A stretch of 64,000 nucleotides of DNA from contig CDMY01000329.1 of assembly GCA_001179505.1 (NCBI GenBank), forward strand, positions 1-64,000. Direction: 5' to 3'. The stretch comes from Vitrella brassicaformis CCMP3155 (lineage: Eukaryota > Protista > Chromerida). This document shows positions 13,901 to 26,652 of the stretch, in pieces. Every line of letters begins with the position of its first letter. Positions within the stretch are counted from its first letter, which is position 1. Both the position numbers and the translations under genes were made by a program. Below the pieces are notes generated by a model that was not told the DNA's origin, ran no database searches, and worked only from the letters and a program-made list of their open reading frames with translations.

Positions 13901-16900
13901 TGGCGTCCGTGCGGACCAGCAGCGCCTGCTGGCTGCCGAATTGGGGCCCAGCGAGGGGGTTGCGAGTGGCGGGGGGAGGGGGCGAGGAGGAGCTGCTCGA
14001 AGCGGCCTGAGAGGCAGGCTTGTTGAACAGCAGCTTGAAGGCATCGGCGAGCTCCATCTCGGTGATCACAACCGGCAGCAAGTGGTTGTCTGCACGTAAG
14101 AAACACACCGCATGGCATCACATCACAAACACACTGGCAGCTTGTTTGCATTAGTATGACCTTCCATCGATTCTTCTCGCTCGAGCTGACAAGGTAAGGT
14201 GCACAAAGACAAAGGAGAGTCTATTCTTCTCACCCACTTCTAAAGTCGATTCTTCTCTTCTTTCTTACCCTGTCTATCTTCTCGGGGAACATGTGCACCA
14301 GCAAATCGATCACACTCGCAGCCAGCTCTGCACACAACAAACAGACAACATTAGGCCTCGTGCCTTTGTATGTTCTCCCACACGTACCGATGACGCCCTT
14401 GGATGAGCGGTAGTTTTTGGAGAGGAATTTGAGGGCCTGGGAGTACTGCTGCTTCCACTGTGGGGTGTTCTTGATGACCTCTGGCACGAACATCTCGTAG
14501 AAGAGCGACTTGATCGACTCGAACCTGAACTCTCTGCCCTTCGCTATCGTCTGAGCCGTGTCACCTGTGTGCACACAACACAACACAACACAACACACCG
14601 CAGAGCACACAATGTTGACTGACTGACTGGTGCCTGGTGGCTCTCGAGAGGTCTCTGTCTGTGTGTACCGGCAAAGGCGAAGTGTGTTGGGTTGCTGGTG
14701 AGGTATCTGAAGATGAGCATCTGGATGGGCAGCAGGTCCTGCACCTCGTCGATCATGACACCGCGGACATCCACCAGCTGCCGCAGACCCTCGCCGCTGT
14801 CCCGCAGACGGATGAGCAGCTGCCTGGCGACGTTGGCCGCGTCGTGGCGCCCGTGGACCCTCAGCAGCTTCTCGTACCGCTCGAACGCATCATACACACA
14901 CCTGCAGTCACGGCACCCACCCACAGTGGCCGGCCACTTATTTCACTGTAGTCTTGTTTCTCTCACTCACTCTGTATGCTGACCTTCTCGCATTTTGGTC
15001 CTCAATGGACGACTCCTTGATGCGCTCTTTGTCCACCACACCGCACTCGTACTCTCCCCTGGAGAACCAAGACACATGCAACAGAGCACACAGCCATGTA
15101 GTAGCTCCCTCCCCTGTTTGTCGTCCTTCTCATGCGTACCTCGTGAGCCATGCGTTGGTTTCCTTTCCGCTGAGTATTCTCTTGGCCACTGGCTTGCTCC
15201 CCTTGATGACGGTCAGAATCTCCTTGAAGAAGGTCAGGGGCGAGATGTCGCTGCCCCCTAGGGCAGATGCAAGCTTGCGCCACCACCCGCCGAGCATGAA
15301 ATCATCAAACGTCATCTGCGACGTACCAAGAAGCAACCAGGACAGAGGGATGGGTGGGTGCTGGGCTGTCCGTGTGTGGCTAAGCTGACCTCGTCCTCCT
15401 CGAAGTAGCGTCCGCTCCTCGCGAGTGGGTCCTCAGTCGTCAGGTCATTCAGCATGAGATCGTCGACGTCCTGACAACGAACGTCAGGGACGGGCATCGA
15501 TGGACAATGTCAGACGAGACAGCATTTAGGTGTGCGTCACTCGTCACTGACCTCATCGATCTCTTCGTCCTCATCATCCTCGTCAGCAGCGGCAGTGGCA
15601 CCAGCCCGCCTCCGCTGCTGCTGGCTGAGATGCGCGCCACGCCGCAGCTGATCCTGAAATGGACATGTCGACAGCCGCAGCCGTGTGATGGGATGAAAGT
15701 CGGTAATCTCTGGTCTGTTGTGTTGACCTGACCTCGATGGTCATTGTCCTGAAACACCGCTGTCCGGCAGTGGAGGTGTCGAGGAGCTTCAGGAACTGCT
15801 GAAAGGACAGGATGAGCACGGAACAATCCTCAGCCGCACCGAAGTCCTTCAGCTCAGCCGCAGCAGCTGTATTCATCGGCAGGCAGACCCGACACCACAC
15901 ACACAAGACGTATGTAGGAATGTTTGTGTCCACCCTGACTGACCGTCTTTGCCGGGCGCGTTTGGATCGCTGGTGACGACCCCCTCGTCCATGATTTCCT
16001 GCTCTCTGCTGGTCCCCACAGCTTCGATGTAGTTGTGCAGCCGCGTGTAGTGCAGCTGGATCTCAGCAGCCAGCTTGGGCGAGGCTGTGCACAGCACCAA
16101 CACACGGTTGTGGGCACCCGCCGGCCGGACGCTGTTGCTCGCCTCTTGCAACAGCCGCTGGTGGGCAATGACCAGACGCTTCACTGCACACATAACAACA
16201 CAGACAGACAGACACAAGGGTCGCTGCGTGTAAGCTGGATCGGTTACCGAGGCAGAGAGTTTTGCCGGTGCCACTGCGTCCAAGGACGAAGAGTGGTGCG
16301 GGCGCCCGCACGACGACGTGCTCCTGTGCGGAGAGTTTGAGAGGCAGCTCGATGTCCGTGAGAGTCTTCTCCGCAAGACGATGCAGTAGCACTTGATCCA
16401 TCTCGTACATCTGCATGGAGCAACACACCAACACGAGCGTCATAGCTAAAGACACACATATGAGTGGACTCTCACCTTGGTGAGTGAGACCGATGTGTTG
16501 GCTGCCGTCGAGTCGACCTCCTCCACCTCAAACGCCACACGACCACCGCCCAGCTCACGCCTGAATCAAGGAAGGAACCAAACCGACACAACCACCTGCT
16601 GCGGTGCCCCTGGAGTCTGTCCGTGCCCTTTACTGTCGTCTGAATGGGAGCCGCTTGATGACAAAGTCGTCCCGGAAGCATTTGGGCAAATACGGGCCGC
16701 CCTTCTTGCCGCGACGAAGACGGCACCGATGCAGATACTCGTCACTGAAGGTCTTCAGGTGGCGTGACGCACGCTTGAGGGTGGCCTGCACGTCTTGTGT
16801 GGGGACGAGGTCGAAGACGAGTATGGTCTGCTGGTACTCGAGTGTGTCATCAATCCGCACCCACCAGATGAGGGAGGCGTTCTTGTTGCACCTCCAGGCC

Positions 16901-19900
16901 TCCACTGCCAGTTCCCATAGCTCCTTGCCACTGCCTGAGGCACCCTCACTGAAATGGGGAGAAACAGAGACCAATGCAGGAGTGCGACAATGGAATGATG
17001 GATGTCCGTCGGCTTACTGTGCCGACGTTGGGAAATGACCTGAGGAGAAGAAACAAAGGAGTGCCACGCAGGCAGGTGCTTGCCAGCCTTTCGATGCAAT
17101 GTCTGTCGCCACTCAACTCACTGACTGACCTTTGATGAGTTGTATGATCTTCTTCTCTATCCATCTCCGACTCTCCTGCCTCATGCCGTTGACCCGCGCG
17201 AGGAAAGCGGCACTCACAGAAATCTCCCACTTGGGCTCATCCGCCTTCTCCCTCTCCCCCCGCCTCTCATGCGGCCTCTCCCTCTCACCAGCCCTCTCCC
17301 TCTCCACGGACGGCCCCTCCTGATTGACAACAGCAGGGGCTGCTGAGGGCACCGGCGGCAGGTCGTCCGACGGCGACGATGCCAGGCCGTCGAGAACATC
17401 TAGGTCGGAATCGAAAGAGCCCCCACACCGTGCCGGTGCCGGTGCCGGCGCCGCTGCTGCCGCTGCCGGGGGCGAATGGGGCTGCGGCACGTGCACGTGC
17501 TGGGGTGGTGGTGAGGCTACAGAGGATGATGCAGGTGAATCCCGCCTGACGAGCCTTGTCGCGCGCTCCTGCCTCTGCACTTGTGGGCGTGGCGGGAGCG
17601 ATGGCTGTGGCTGTGGGGGTCGGGGTGCGACACTCGTGCAGATGGACATGGCATCGTCATCGTCGTCTGACAGCACCGTGTCATCCATGTAGTCCTCGTC
17701 CTCGTCACAGTCGGGTATGCGGCGATGCATCATGCGATGGTGGGCGGGGGCAGCGGGGCGGGCAGGAGGGAGAGGGGAATGGGACTGGGCAGGCCGGGCG
17801 ATGTTCAGGCGGTGGAATTGGAACGCGTGGGCTGCATTGGGCTGCGGGGGAGCAGCTGCAGCAGCTTCGGCCGGTGATGGGTTATGCAACCGCTGCGCCG
17901 ACGACGCGATGGCTCCGAGCTGACCGAACAAGGTCACATCAGACATTCGTAAGCTCGTGAGGGTACAGCTGGGGTGTGTGCGGCTCACTTGTTGTCTGAG
18001 CCTCATCTGGACGGCTTGAGCTGAAGGCCCGGGGACCGCTGGGAAGACAACGCGCTTGGCCTCACAGTGACGGATGAAGGACGCCCAAAGTGGGTGGTTG
18101 GAGAGGGTGTCCTTGTGCCCCACGACCCACAGGCGGTGCCGCGCCCGGGTGAGGGCGACATTGAGGCGCTTCTTGTCGCCTGTGAAGCCCACATTCCTGT
18201 CACCGTTGGCTCGCACACACGACAACACGATGATGTCCCGCTCGTCCCCCTGGAAGCCATCCACTGCAAAAGAGGTAGTGAAATCGCACCAACACATCTA
18301 CGAGGCGAGGGCTTCATGCAGTCTGCCTGTCTGCCTGTCTGCCTGCCCACACACGCATGCGGTGACGCACCTGAGTTGACGGTGATCCTCTTTGCAAGTC
18401 GGCCCAGCTGCGATGCACTCTGCTGGATGGCCTGGTGGAAGGCGCGCTTCTGAGCACCATATGGCGTGACGACACCGATCGACACACCTGCACAGACACC
18501 ACACGACACACACAGTGCAGTGACACAGATTTGCTCCCGGTTGGCGTGTGAGCTGTGAGTGGGTGGTCGGTTACTGCGGCGCGGCCTGAAGTGCTTGAGA
18601 AGGGATGTGAGGTGCTCAATCACAAAGTTGATCTGCAGACATGAACACACATGGATGACGATAGGCATCCAGTCCACTCACCCACCACAGCCCACCTCTG
18701 TTTCGTTCTTTTTGCTGGAGTTCTCTGTCTTCTCCCACACGCCAGGCAGACCGGTGGTGTCGAAGAATGCCAGAGGGCCGAACCTACACGCACAGAGAGA
18801 GCAGCGAAGGCTTGCCTGCCTGCCTGCCTGCCTGCCTGCCGGTGTTCTCCCTCCTCTGTGTGTGTGGTGGTGTTGCCGACTTGCCTTTTGTCGTCGAGTA
18901 TTTGTTCGTCGATCTCGTCGGCATCCCAGAGCTCCCCCTCCCGCTCGCCAATGCGGAGAACGTTCTCGCCGTTCATGAGCCTCCGTTGGGAGAACGTCTG
19001 GTTTGGCCACTCAGCAATCTCCGGGTGCATGCGGTACTGAACGTTCTGCACACACACCACACCACACGACACACACACACGAAAGAGAGAGCAATCCAAC
19101 GACGGTCAAGGGCCACGTGCTGACCCTGGCGATTACCAGCATGATCGGTTTCGCTCGTGTGGGGTCGTGTATGGGGCTGAGCCCGCCTTGCTGCTCGCCA
19201 CGCAGTGGTGAAGTGACTCTTTCGAAGAGTGATCGCTGTAGCCCTGCCACCTTGCACTCATCGCACTTGACGGTCTGCCCGAGCTGCCTCGGGTCCCCGA
19301 CCACAAAAAGCCGACACACGGAACGCGTGAGCGGAATGAGACTCTCAGACTCCTTCACCTGCATACATCAGACAGGCAGACAGAAGGGCGTCCGCATGCT
19401 GTGGACGTCGTGTCATGGGCTGGTAAGTAGGTGTTACCTGCGCCGCCTCATCCACGATGAGCGTGTCGATCCCCAGCTGCTGCAGGCGGAAGCGGCCGCT
19501 CACAGACGACGTGCAGAAGACCGCATGAGTGCCCTGCATATACACAAGACAGGCAACGATACATAACACGATCGGGATGTTCATCGATGCGAAGGATGCG
19601 CACCCACTCACCACGGTCAGGAGGCCGCGGATGTCGTCACTGGGTGTGTTCTTGACCGCCAGGCCCTCGTTCCTGACCGCGGCAGCCTGTCGGTGGAGAT
19701 TGTGGAAACGTCGCTTGAGCTCGCCCACAATGGGCCCGTCAATGATGTGATGGATGTCCGTCTGCACCACGGCGGCAAAGGAAGGGGCCGGAGTGTGGCT
19801 GGTGGGGCCGTCGGATGCTGATGCTCCGATGCGTTGCAGCTTTCGGAGGGCTCGATTCATGCCGTTGAAGAGGTCGTTGACGAGGGGCGACTCCTCGAGA

Positions 19901-22900
19901 AGACGAAAGAGCTGCACACACGCAATGCATGGATGGATGGATGCATGGATGGATCTACAGATGGACCCACGGACAGCTATGTATGCGCACCGTGGACACG
20001 ATGGAGTGGAATGCGGTTATGGCTTCCTTCATCCTCTCGAGGGTGTCCCGGGCCCGCCACCACTGCGTGTGGCCGGGGATGGGCGGCAGGTGCGCCTGAT
20101 ACGTCTCCACCTTCACACACAAGACAGCAACACAGGCACAGCCATGGACAAGTGGACGGGTGCCGCCGTGTGTGTGTGTGTGTGTGTGTACCTGTTTGGA
20201 TAGTGTGTCCTTGAGCTGCTCGATGCACGAAATGAAGGCCTCACGGACGTCACCGCCCTCGGCTGCACACACAGCACAGCACAGCACAGCAGAAGAATAA
20301 GTGGGCATGTTGGTTGCATCCACACATCGTTCGTCGACGCACCTGAAGCCCATTCGAGGAGCCGGTCGGCCATTCTGTAGAGCTCCCCATCGTCGCCATC
20401 GCCGCTCATCCACACTGTGCTGCCCTCGTCCATGATTGCGCAAAGGTCGTCCCACGACCTGTCCACCATCTGCAGCGAGCTGGTGGGGTCATCGCGCCAC
20501 CAGTATTTGGCCACTCGCTTGAGGCGCTTCTTGCGGTGGTTCAGGTGGATCAAGGACAGCGGACTGTCGAACTCAATCGACTCTGCCAACCAAACAAGAA
20601 AGTCATTGCCCATATGCGCAACTCGCCCCACTCTCTCTCTCTCTCTCTGCGTTTGTGTGTGCGAGTGGTGTGTGGTGGATACTTTCGGTGTCCTCTTCGC
20701 TGACGACGAGCAGAAGGCGGAAGAGGGGCACCACTTGGAAGCCGCCCACAGACCGCTTGGCCTCGATGTGCTGCAGCACCTTGAGAGCGACGTGCTTGAC
20801 AGCCACGTTCGTCGCCGCACACACCATCACCGGCCTGAAACAACACATGCATGCACAGAGAAGGAAGGGCGTGTGACGGATGTGATCTTGCCTGCCAGCA
20901 GCTCCCTTACCTCTCGCACGACACGACGAAGTAGACGAAGGTTGCGATGAAGGTCGTCTTGCCGGTGCCTGGCGGCCCCTGGACGGGCATGATGCCGGTC
21001 GGCCGCAGCAGGGCCTCCTGCACCGCCATCTTCTGAGCCTCGTTGATCAGCGGCCATGCACCAAGCGCCTGATAAACACGCAATTGGTCGGTTTGGTGGA
21101 TTCTCATTTGTCGGCCTCTGTATGTACCTCCTGTATGGCTTCGGCTCCGTGTGTCCATATCGGCCCGCCGTGGTGCCCCTGCTGACCCTCCACCAGCATC
21201 GCCCTGACCACACACACACAGAGGCAAAAAGAAAAAAGAATGCGTTTGCGTGTCCTGATGATGCATCTCCATCTAGCAGACCTACCTGATGTTCCGCGAC
21301 AGCTGCTGCCAGAAAACGGGCTTGCGCGAGAGGCCGCTCCCCAGCGCCTCCATGACGCGGACATCCGTCATGGTACAGCTGTTCAGGGGATAGAGCCGCC
21401 ACGACAAGCTCTCATCCGACAGCCGCGCGGCTCTCGGCCCCGGGAAGAAGTGGGCAATGAGTCTGCTGCTGTCGTCATTCTTCACGCGCTGCCACATGAT
21501 GAAGGCGAAGAAGCTCTCGCCGGGCCCCTCGTCACCCTCCTCGATGGTTGCGCCAGAGCCACGCAAGAGGGCGCGGGAGCCCTGAGCGGTCGTGAAGAGG
21601 GCGACCGAAGCTGAATGAAATACAGAAGGCAAATATGGCAGACGATACATACACACGTGTATTTATGTACGTGTGTCGGTCGGTCGGTATGCATGCGCAC
21701 CGTGTGGAAAAGCCTTCTGGAGGCCTTTGTGTGTCTTCTTGGCGTCGATGGACTTCCAGGCCTTGTCGTCTGGGTTGTAGAGCACCCTGTACTTGTCCAT
21801 GTCGTCAGCCTCCTTCACCTTGGCACGCCGCTCGTTGTCCTTGGCCATGCTCTTGAGCTTCACATCGTACGCTGCCGAGGCACCATCCAGCCGCCGGATC
21901 GCCTGGGCAACCGATGCACGGCACTCTGCGAGCAGGGGCTCCACAGAACACTGAACATCACCACACCAACACACCACACCACAGCAACAGGAATACTCAC
22001 CATTGCCCCCCTCCCTCCCTCCGTCTCTCGTGTTCGTTGTCCCATGTGCGTACGTTGAGGTATTGCTCAAAGGAGTCGAATGAGAGTGGGATGGGCTGGA
22101 GAGGGCTGGGCGGGTGGTAGTCGCCCTGACAGGCCAGCACGTCAGCCATGGCGAAGGTGCCTGCCGCGCGCAGCAGCCGCTCCTTCATCTCCTGTTGGTT
22201 CTGACGGCGCGTCATCTGGTCCTGCATCTCATCCGTCAGCGGCCGGCTCCACACGGGGGCTGCCGCTGAGAGGTCGGCCGCTGCTGCTGGTCTGTCGACG
22301 GCCAGGTTGGGGTCGGCAGAGAAGGGGTATAGGGCGTCGACATCACCCTGATCGTCATAGTAGTCTGGCACATCCCCTCCCAACCTGCACCAAGATCCAC
22401 ACAAAGATGCAGGCGTGTGTCTGTGTGTGTCGGTGTGCAGGTGGGCAGGCGAGCTTTGTTTTCGTTCGTTCACCTTGGGTGTGTCGCCTGGGGGCGCTCT
22501 GGTGCGTGGAATGTGTCTTCATCTGCAGGGCTGGCGGCTGGCGATTCGGTGGTCTGCTCGAAGAGCTGGTCCACCTGGCCGCTCATGAGCAGCCGGATGC
22601 CGCGAGAGGCCTCACTGAGGATCTGACTCTGCGCGCGGAAGGACACGAAGAGCACACGGCACCACTCGAAGGGATCAGCGACGGCCTGCGATGGATGGAT
22701 GGATCGATGGATCACACACACACACCACCACACGTCCAATGAATGGATGACACACACACCTGGCTGTATGCAGTCAAGTGAAGGCATTACCAGATGCGGG
22801 AACCGCTGTTCCTTAAGCAGGGTGCGGTACATCTCCTCGCGTGCATCGGAAGACGTAGCCGCACCGCCGTCCGTCTGCCTGCACGAAAACGGCCCTGCGA

Positions 22901-25139
22901 CGGCGGCCTCCCGCCGGACGCTGTCGTGGTGTTGGGGTGCTGCAGATCGACGACATTGCGGTGGGCGTCATAGGTCGATATGAAGTGGAAGAATGAGAGC
23001 AGGAGCGACGAGAGGGAGTGGGATGGGGACGAGGGATCGAGACGCAGCTCATGGGGGCCGCCGTGGCGGCACCAGACGTTGTGTGTGACCCCGTTCTCTA
23101 TGATGAGTCGCTGGGGCTGGTTGTCGCTCTGGCCGTGCGGCTGCTGGAGGTTGGGCAACAGCCGTCTCTTCTTCTGCAGGAAGTGCAGCACCAGCAGCAC
23201 CCACCCATAGCTCGACAGGAAGCCATCACGCGCACCCAAGAGGCCTCGCCTGCACACACAGACACACACGCACAAGGGAGGATCACACACACGTGTGGCA
23301 TATGTATGTCACGTGATGGCGCCCACCGTTTGGCCCACAATTTGACGAGCCGTCCGAGTGCGGCAGTGGTGCCGGTGGTGTCGAGGTCGCTGTATCGCCG
23401 CAGGAGGTTGGAGTTATGGATCACCAGCGCATGGTTGTACGTGATGTCGATGGACACATCCGTGCCATCAGCACCCTCATAGTCTGTCGACACACACACA
23501 CACACACGAGGGAATGAGTGCATCAGTTCGTTGGAATGGAATCCACCAAAACCCGTGTGTGTTTACTTGTGGCGCTTCGGGAGAGGGATACCACCGGCAC
23601 ACGCGCTCGCCACACCACCTCTACCTCCCACCTGCCCCCCCCCCCCCCCCCCNNNNNNNNNNNNNNNNNNNNNNNNNNNNNNNNNNNNNNNNNNNNNNNN
23701 NNNNNNNNNNNNNNNNNNNNNNNNNNNNNNNNNNNNNNNNNNNNNNNNNNNNNNNNNNNNNNNNNNNNNNNNNNNNNNNNNNNNNNNNNNNNNNNNNNNN
23801 NNNNNNNNNNNNNNNNNNNNNNNNNNNNNNNNNNNNNNNNNNNNNNNNNNNNNNNNNNNNNNNNNNNNNNNNNNNNNNNNNNNNNNNNNNNNNNNNNNNN
23901 NNNNNNNNNNNNNNNNNNNNNNNNNNNNNNNNNNNNNNNNNNNNNNNNNNNNCCCCCCCCCATCCAGACAAACACACCAACACACGCGTCGTCGCCACCC
24001 GCACCTTAAGAAATCGTGCCTGCCTGCCCACCTACCCTCGCTGCTGAAAGTATGTTTCGCATGCCCCCGCCGCCGCCAGCACGTCGTCCCGGCTCAGTTC
24101 GGGACAGTCAGGCAGCTCCTCAGACCGCAGCCCACGATCGAAGGCCGGCGGCGCGTCAGAGGAAGAGGCCGGGGCAGCAGCATCAGCAGCCCCTGATGCC
24201 ATGCGATCGACAGCGCTAGTCACAGCTGCCGCAGAGGGGATGATGGCCACCACGTCGAGATCGGAGTCCACCAGGCCGAAGGTGTTGAGAGCTGAGCCGT
24301 ACGATAGAACTTGTGTGTCAGGGCCGAAGAGACCCATCAGCTGGCTCGACACGTGGCTGTATGCCCTCATGAGAACAGACAGACGATCGGGTGCGAGGGA
24401 GTTGGTGGCGTCCACCTCACGCAGGGCAGCGGAGATGATCCCTTCCTGGCCAGTCGGCAAGGCGGGCGGGGGAGGGGCACCGCTGACAAGAGGACAGGCA
24501 GAATCACACCATCACTCTCATGAAGTGTGTGTGTATCGATTCGTGTGTGATCTCATCTCATACGGTGTGTCGGTGAAGAGCGTCAGCAGCCTGGGCACGG
24601 CCACTCGGGGGATGAGCGAGCGACGCCGCAGTGTCGTGAGCAGGTTCTGCAGCCGAGGAGTGAACTCGGGAGAGGCTAGACAGGCGGTATTCTCAAACAC
24701 ATGGAGAACCTGACACAAAACAACACACGCAGCCAGACAGACCCAGCCACCCAGCCAATAGGATGGGTGCGGTTCGATGTGTTTGCAAAGGCCGCGATCA
24801 GCTCACCACTGGCCGCAGACTGTCGAGTGTTTCGATGGGAAGGAACTGCAGCCCGGCGCAGGACTCCAGCAGCCTGTCAGACCAGACAACACACAGCACA
24901 GCCAGATGCACAGATCCGGGTGTTCCTGTCGTCTATTCCTACGTGATGAGGTTGTGGGTGAATTCGTCCGCAGGCACATGCCTGACGCACGGGGTGTGAG
25001 CAAGGATCCATTTGCACACGCTCACGAGGGTATCCGCTGAGGCGTGCCGAGGCAACGCCTCGCTGATCCCATCTCTTGGACAGCCAACGTGGTGTTCGCC
25101 GGGAGATGTCACGGATGGTGCGGAGGGTGGATTGTCCAT
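7958..25139 (-). CDS. Giant multidomain protein: Cid1/TUT-type nucleotidyltransferase, Sen1/Upf1-like helicase, TRANK1/LBA1-like UvrD helicase, TPR and coiled-coil C-terminus (single-gene model)
   Basis: ATG 25139 (MDNPPS). All catalytic motifs are listed in the sub-features. Inter-domain splice junctions 22385-22473, 17040-17129 and 16949-17017 are GT-AG and in frame. One unresolved frame change near 22880. Confidence 0.65.
11400..17235 (-). CDS. TRANK1/LBA1-like SF1A (UvrD-type) helicase followed by TPR-like repeats
   Basis: GRSGTGKT, IDEVQD, AGDTAQTI, FRFESIKSLFY, NYRSSKGVI, ILTIEESKGLEFDDVLLVNFF, LKELYVAITRARKRVWIID, then TPR-like A-E-A-Y/KAAICY helices. Confidence 0.88.
18040..22130 (-). 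CDS. SF1B helicase of the Sen1/Upf1/DNA2-NAM7 type (AAA_11/AAA_12)
   Basis: IPLSFDSFEQYLN..EPLLAECRA, NEAQKMAV, QGPPGTGKTT, CAATNVAV, LIVDEAAQ, VGDPRQL, SLFER, QYRMHPEI, VVTPYGAQ, VDGFQGDERD, KRLNVALTRARHRLWVVG. Confidence 0.92.
22470..24485 (-). CDS. Terminal nucleotidyltransferase domain (Cid1/TUT4-7/GLD-2-like Pol-beta NTase plus PAP-associated region)
   Basis: YGSALNTFGLVDSDLDV (GS plus DxD), WRARVPVV, SIDITYNH..IHNSNLLRRY, LGRLVKLWAKRRG, LSSYGWVLLVLHFLQ, LLLSFFHF, ADPFE. Confidence 0.9.
23653..23952. other. Assembly gap (300 N) inside an intron of the nucleotidyltransferase region
   Basis: The flanking exons (...YFQQRG / WEVEVVWRARVP...) splice in frame across the gap. Confidence 0.9.
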
Positions 25140-25309
25140 GACTGCAACCGAGATCAAGGCGAGAAAAGCACTAGTCCGCTAGAGGAACCAACGCGAGCTC
25201 CGACTTCATTTTGGGAGCTTGAAAAGGATTCCTGTTCCTGCACTTCTCTCCCCACTGACGCCAAACACAACAACCAACCAACCAAGCATGACGCCCATCT
25301 GATGATGTG

Positions 25310-26621
25310 ATGAGCGACGATGTCAAGATGGCTGAAGGTGCCGCGGCAGATCAGGGGAGGGAGGCTCTCCTGACGCCTGAGCATCACGCTGGTGAGGCTG
25401 ATCATCCGCTGCTGACGCCGGAGCATGAGAGGCAAGAGCATGAGCAAGAGCAGCAGCAACAGCAGCGGAACAGCAGCCCCAGTCAGCAGGCACAAGAACC
25501 GCCAGCAAAGCGGCTGAGAATCGCACCTGATGAGGTACAGTTCCCACGACTGGCTGTCTTACTCGGCTCTGTCTGCAACACATCAACACATACATATGTG
25601 TGTGTGTGTGCAGATAGACAATGACCAGGATGACATCTTGCCACCATCGCAGCCCTCGCCCTCCCCTCCCACTGTTCCTCCCCAGCTGTCCCCGCCGCCA
25701 CCCTCGGTCCCCCGTCGTGTGCATGACCCGTTGGTGCATGGCTGCCGCAGCGTCAACATCTTCAAGAAGCTCAACAAAATCGACGAGGGCACCTATGGGG
25801 TCGTCTTCAGGGCACAAAACACAGAAACCGGTGAAATCGTGGTCAGCCGAGTCACAGCACACACATCGATGGTGAACACGTGCAGCCATTCGTTCAGGGT
25901 GCGCTGATATTATGGTGTGTGGTGTGGCATGTGTGTGTGGACATCAATCAGGCGTTGAAGCAGATCAAGTATCACGAGAAGCAGGAGAAGGAGGGCTTCC
26001 CCATCACCAGCCTTCGGGAGATCAGCATCCTCCTCAACATGCAACACGAAAACATCGTTGATGTCAAAGAGGTAATATAGCGGAAAAGTCAGAGAAAGTG
26101 ACAAGCCATGCTGTGCCTTCCTTGCTTGCCTGTATGTATGTGTGTATGTGTGTATGTGTGTATGTGTGTGTCTGTCCACCCCAACTAACCACAGGTTGTG
26201 GTTGGCAAGAGCCCCACCCACATCTTCATGGTCAGCCAGCCACAACCGTACCAACCGTACCTGTCCGTCGTTTGTCTGTGGATGTGATGTGATGTGCGTC
26301 TTCTTCCACCATACAATCAATGAATGCATTTTGCAGGTGATGGAGTACATGGAGCACGAGCTCAAGGCCCTTCTGGAGGACATGAAGAACTCATTCTCGG
26401 TCGCAGAAGTCAAAGCCCTGCTCCTACAGGTATGCAGCTGGCTGAACAGCCCGGCCAGGAAAGTGCTGTTCATTGCCGCTGGGGGATGATGTGTCTGGTA
26501 TTTCAGTTGCTCCGTGCGGTGGCGTACATGCATCACCATTGGATACTCCACCGCGACCTCAAAACAAGCAACCTACTGTTCAACAACCAGGGCGTCCTCA
26601 AGGTAGGCGACCTCCAACTAT

Positions 26622-26652
<31 letters not shown>

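Noticed and set aside
17442-17470. GCCGGT and GCT short repeats as a regulatory element
   Set aside because: They encode the Ala/Pro-rich linker (AAAAAAPAPAPA) of the giant protein.
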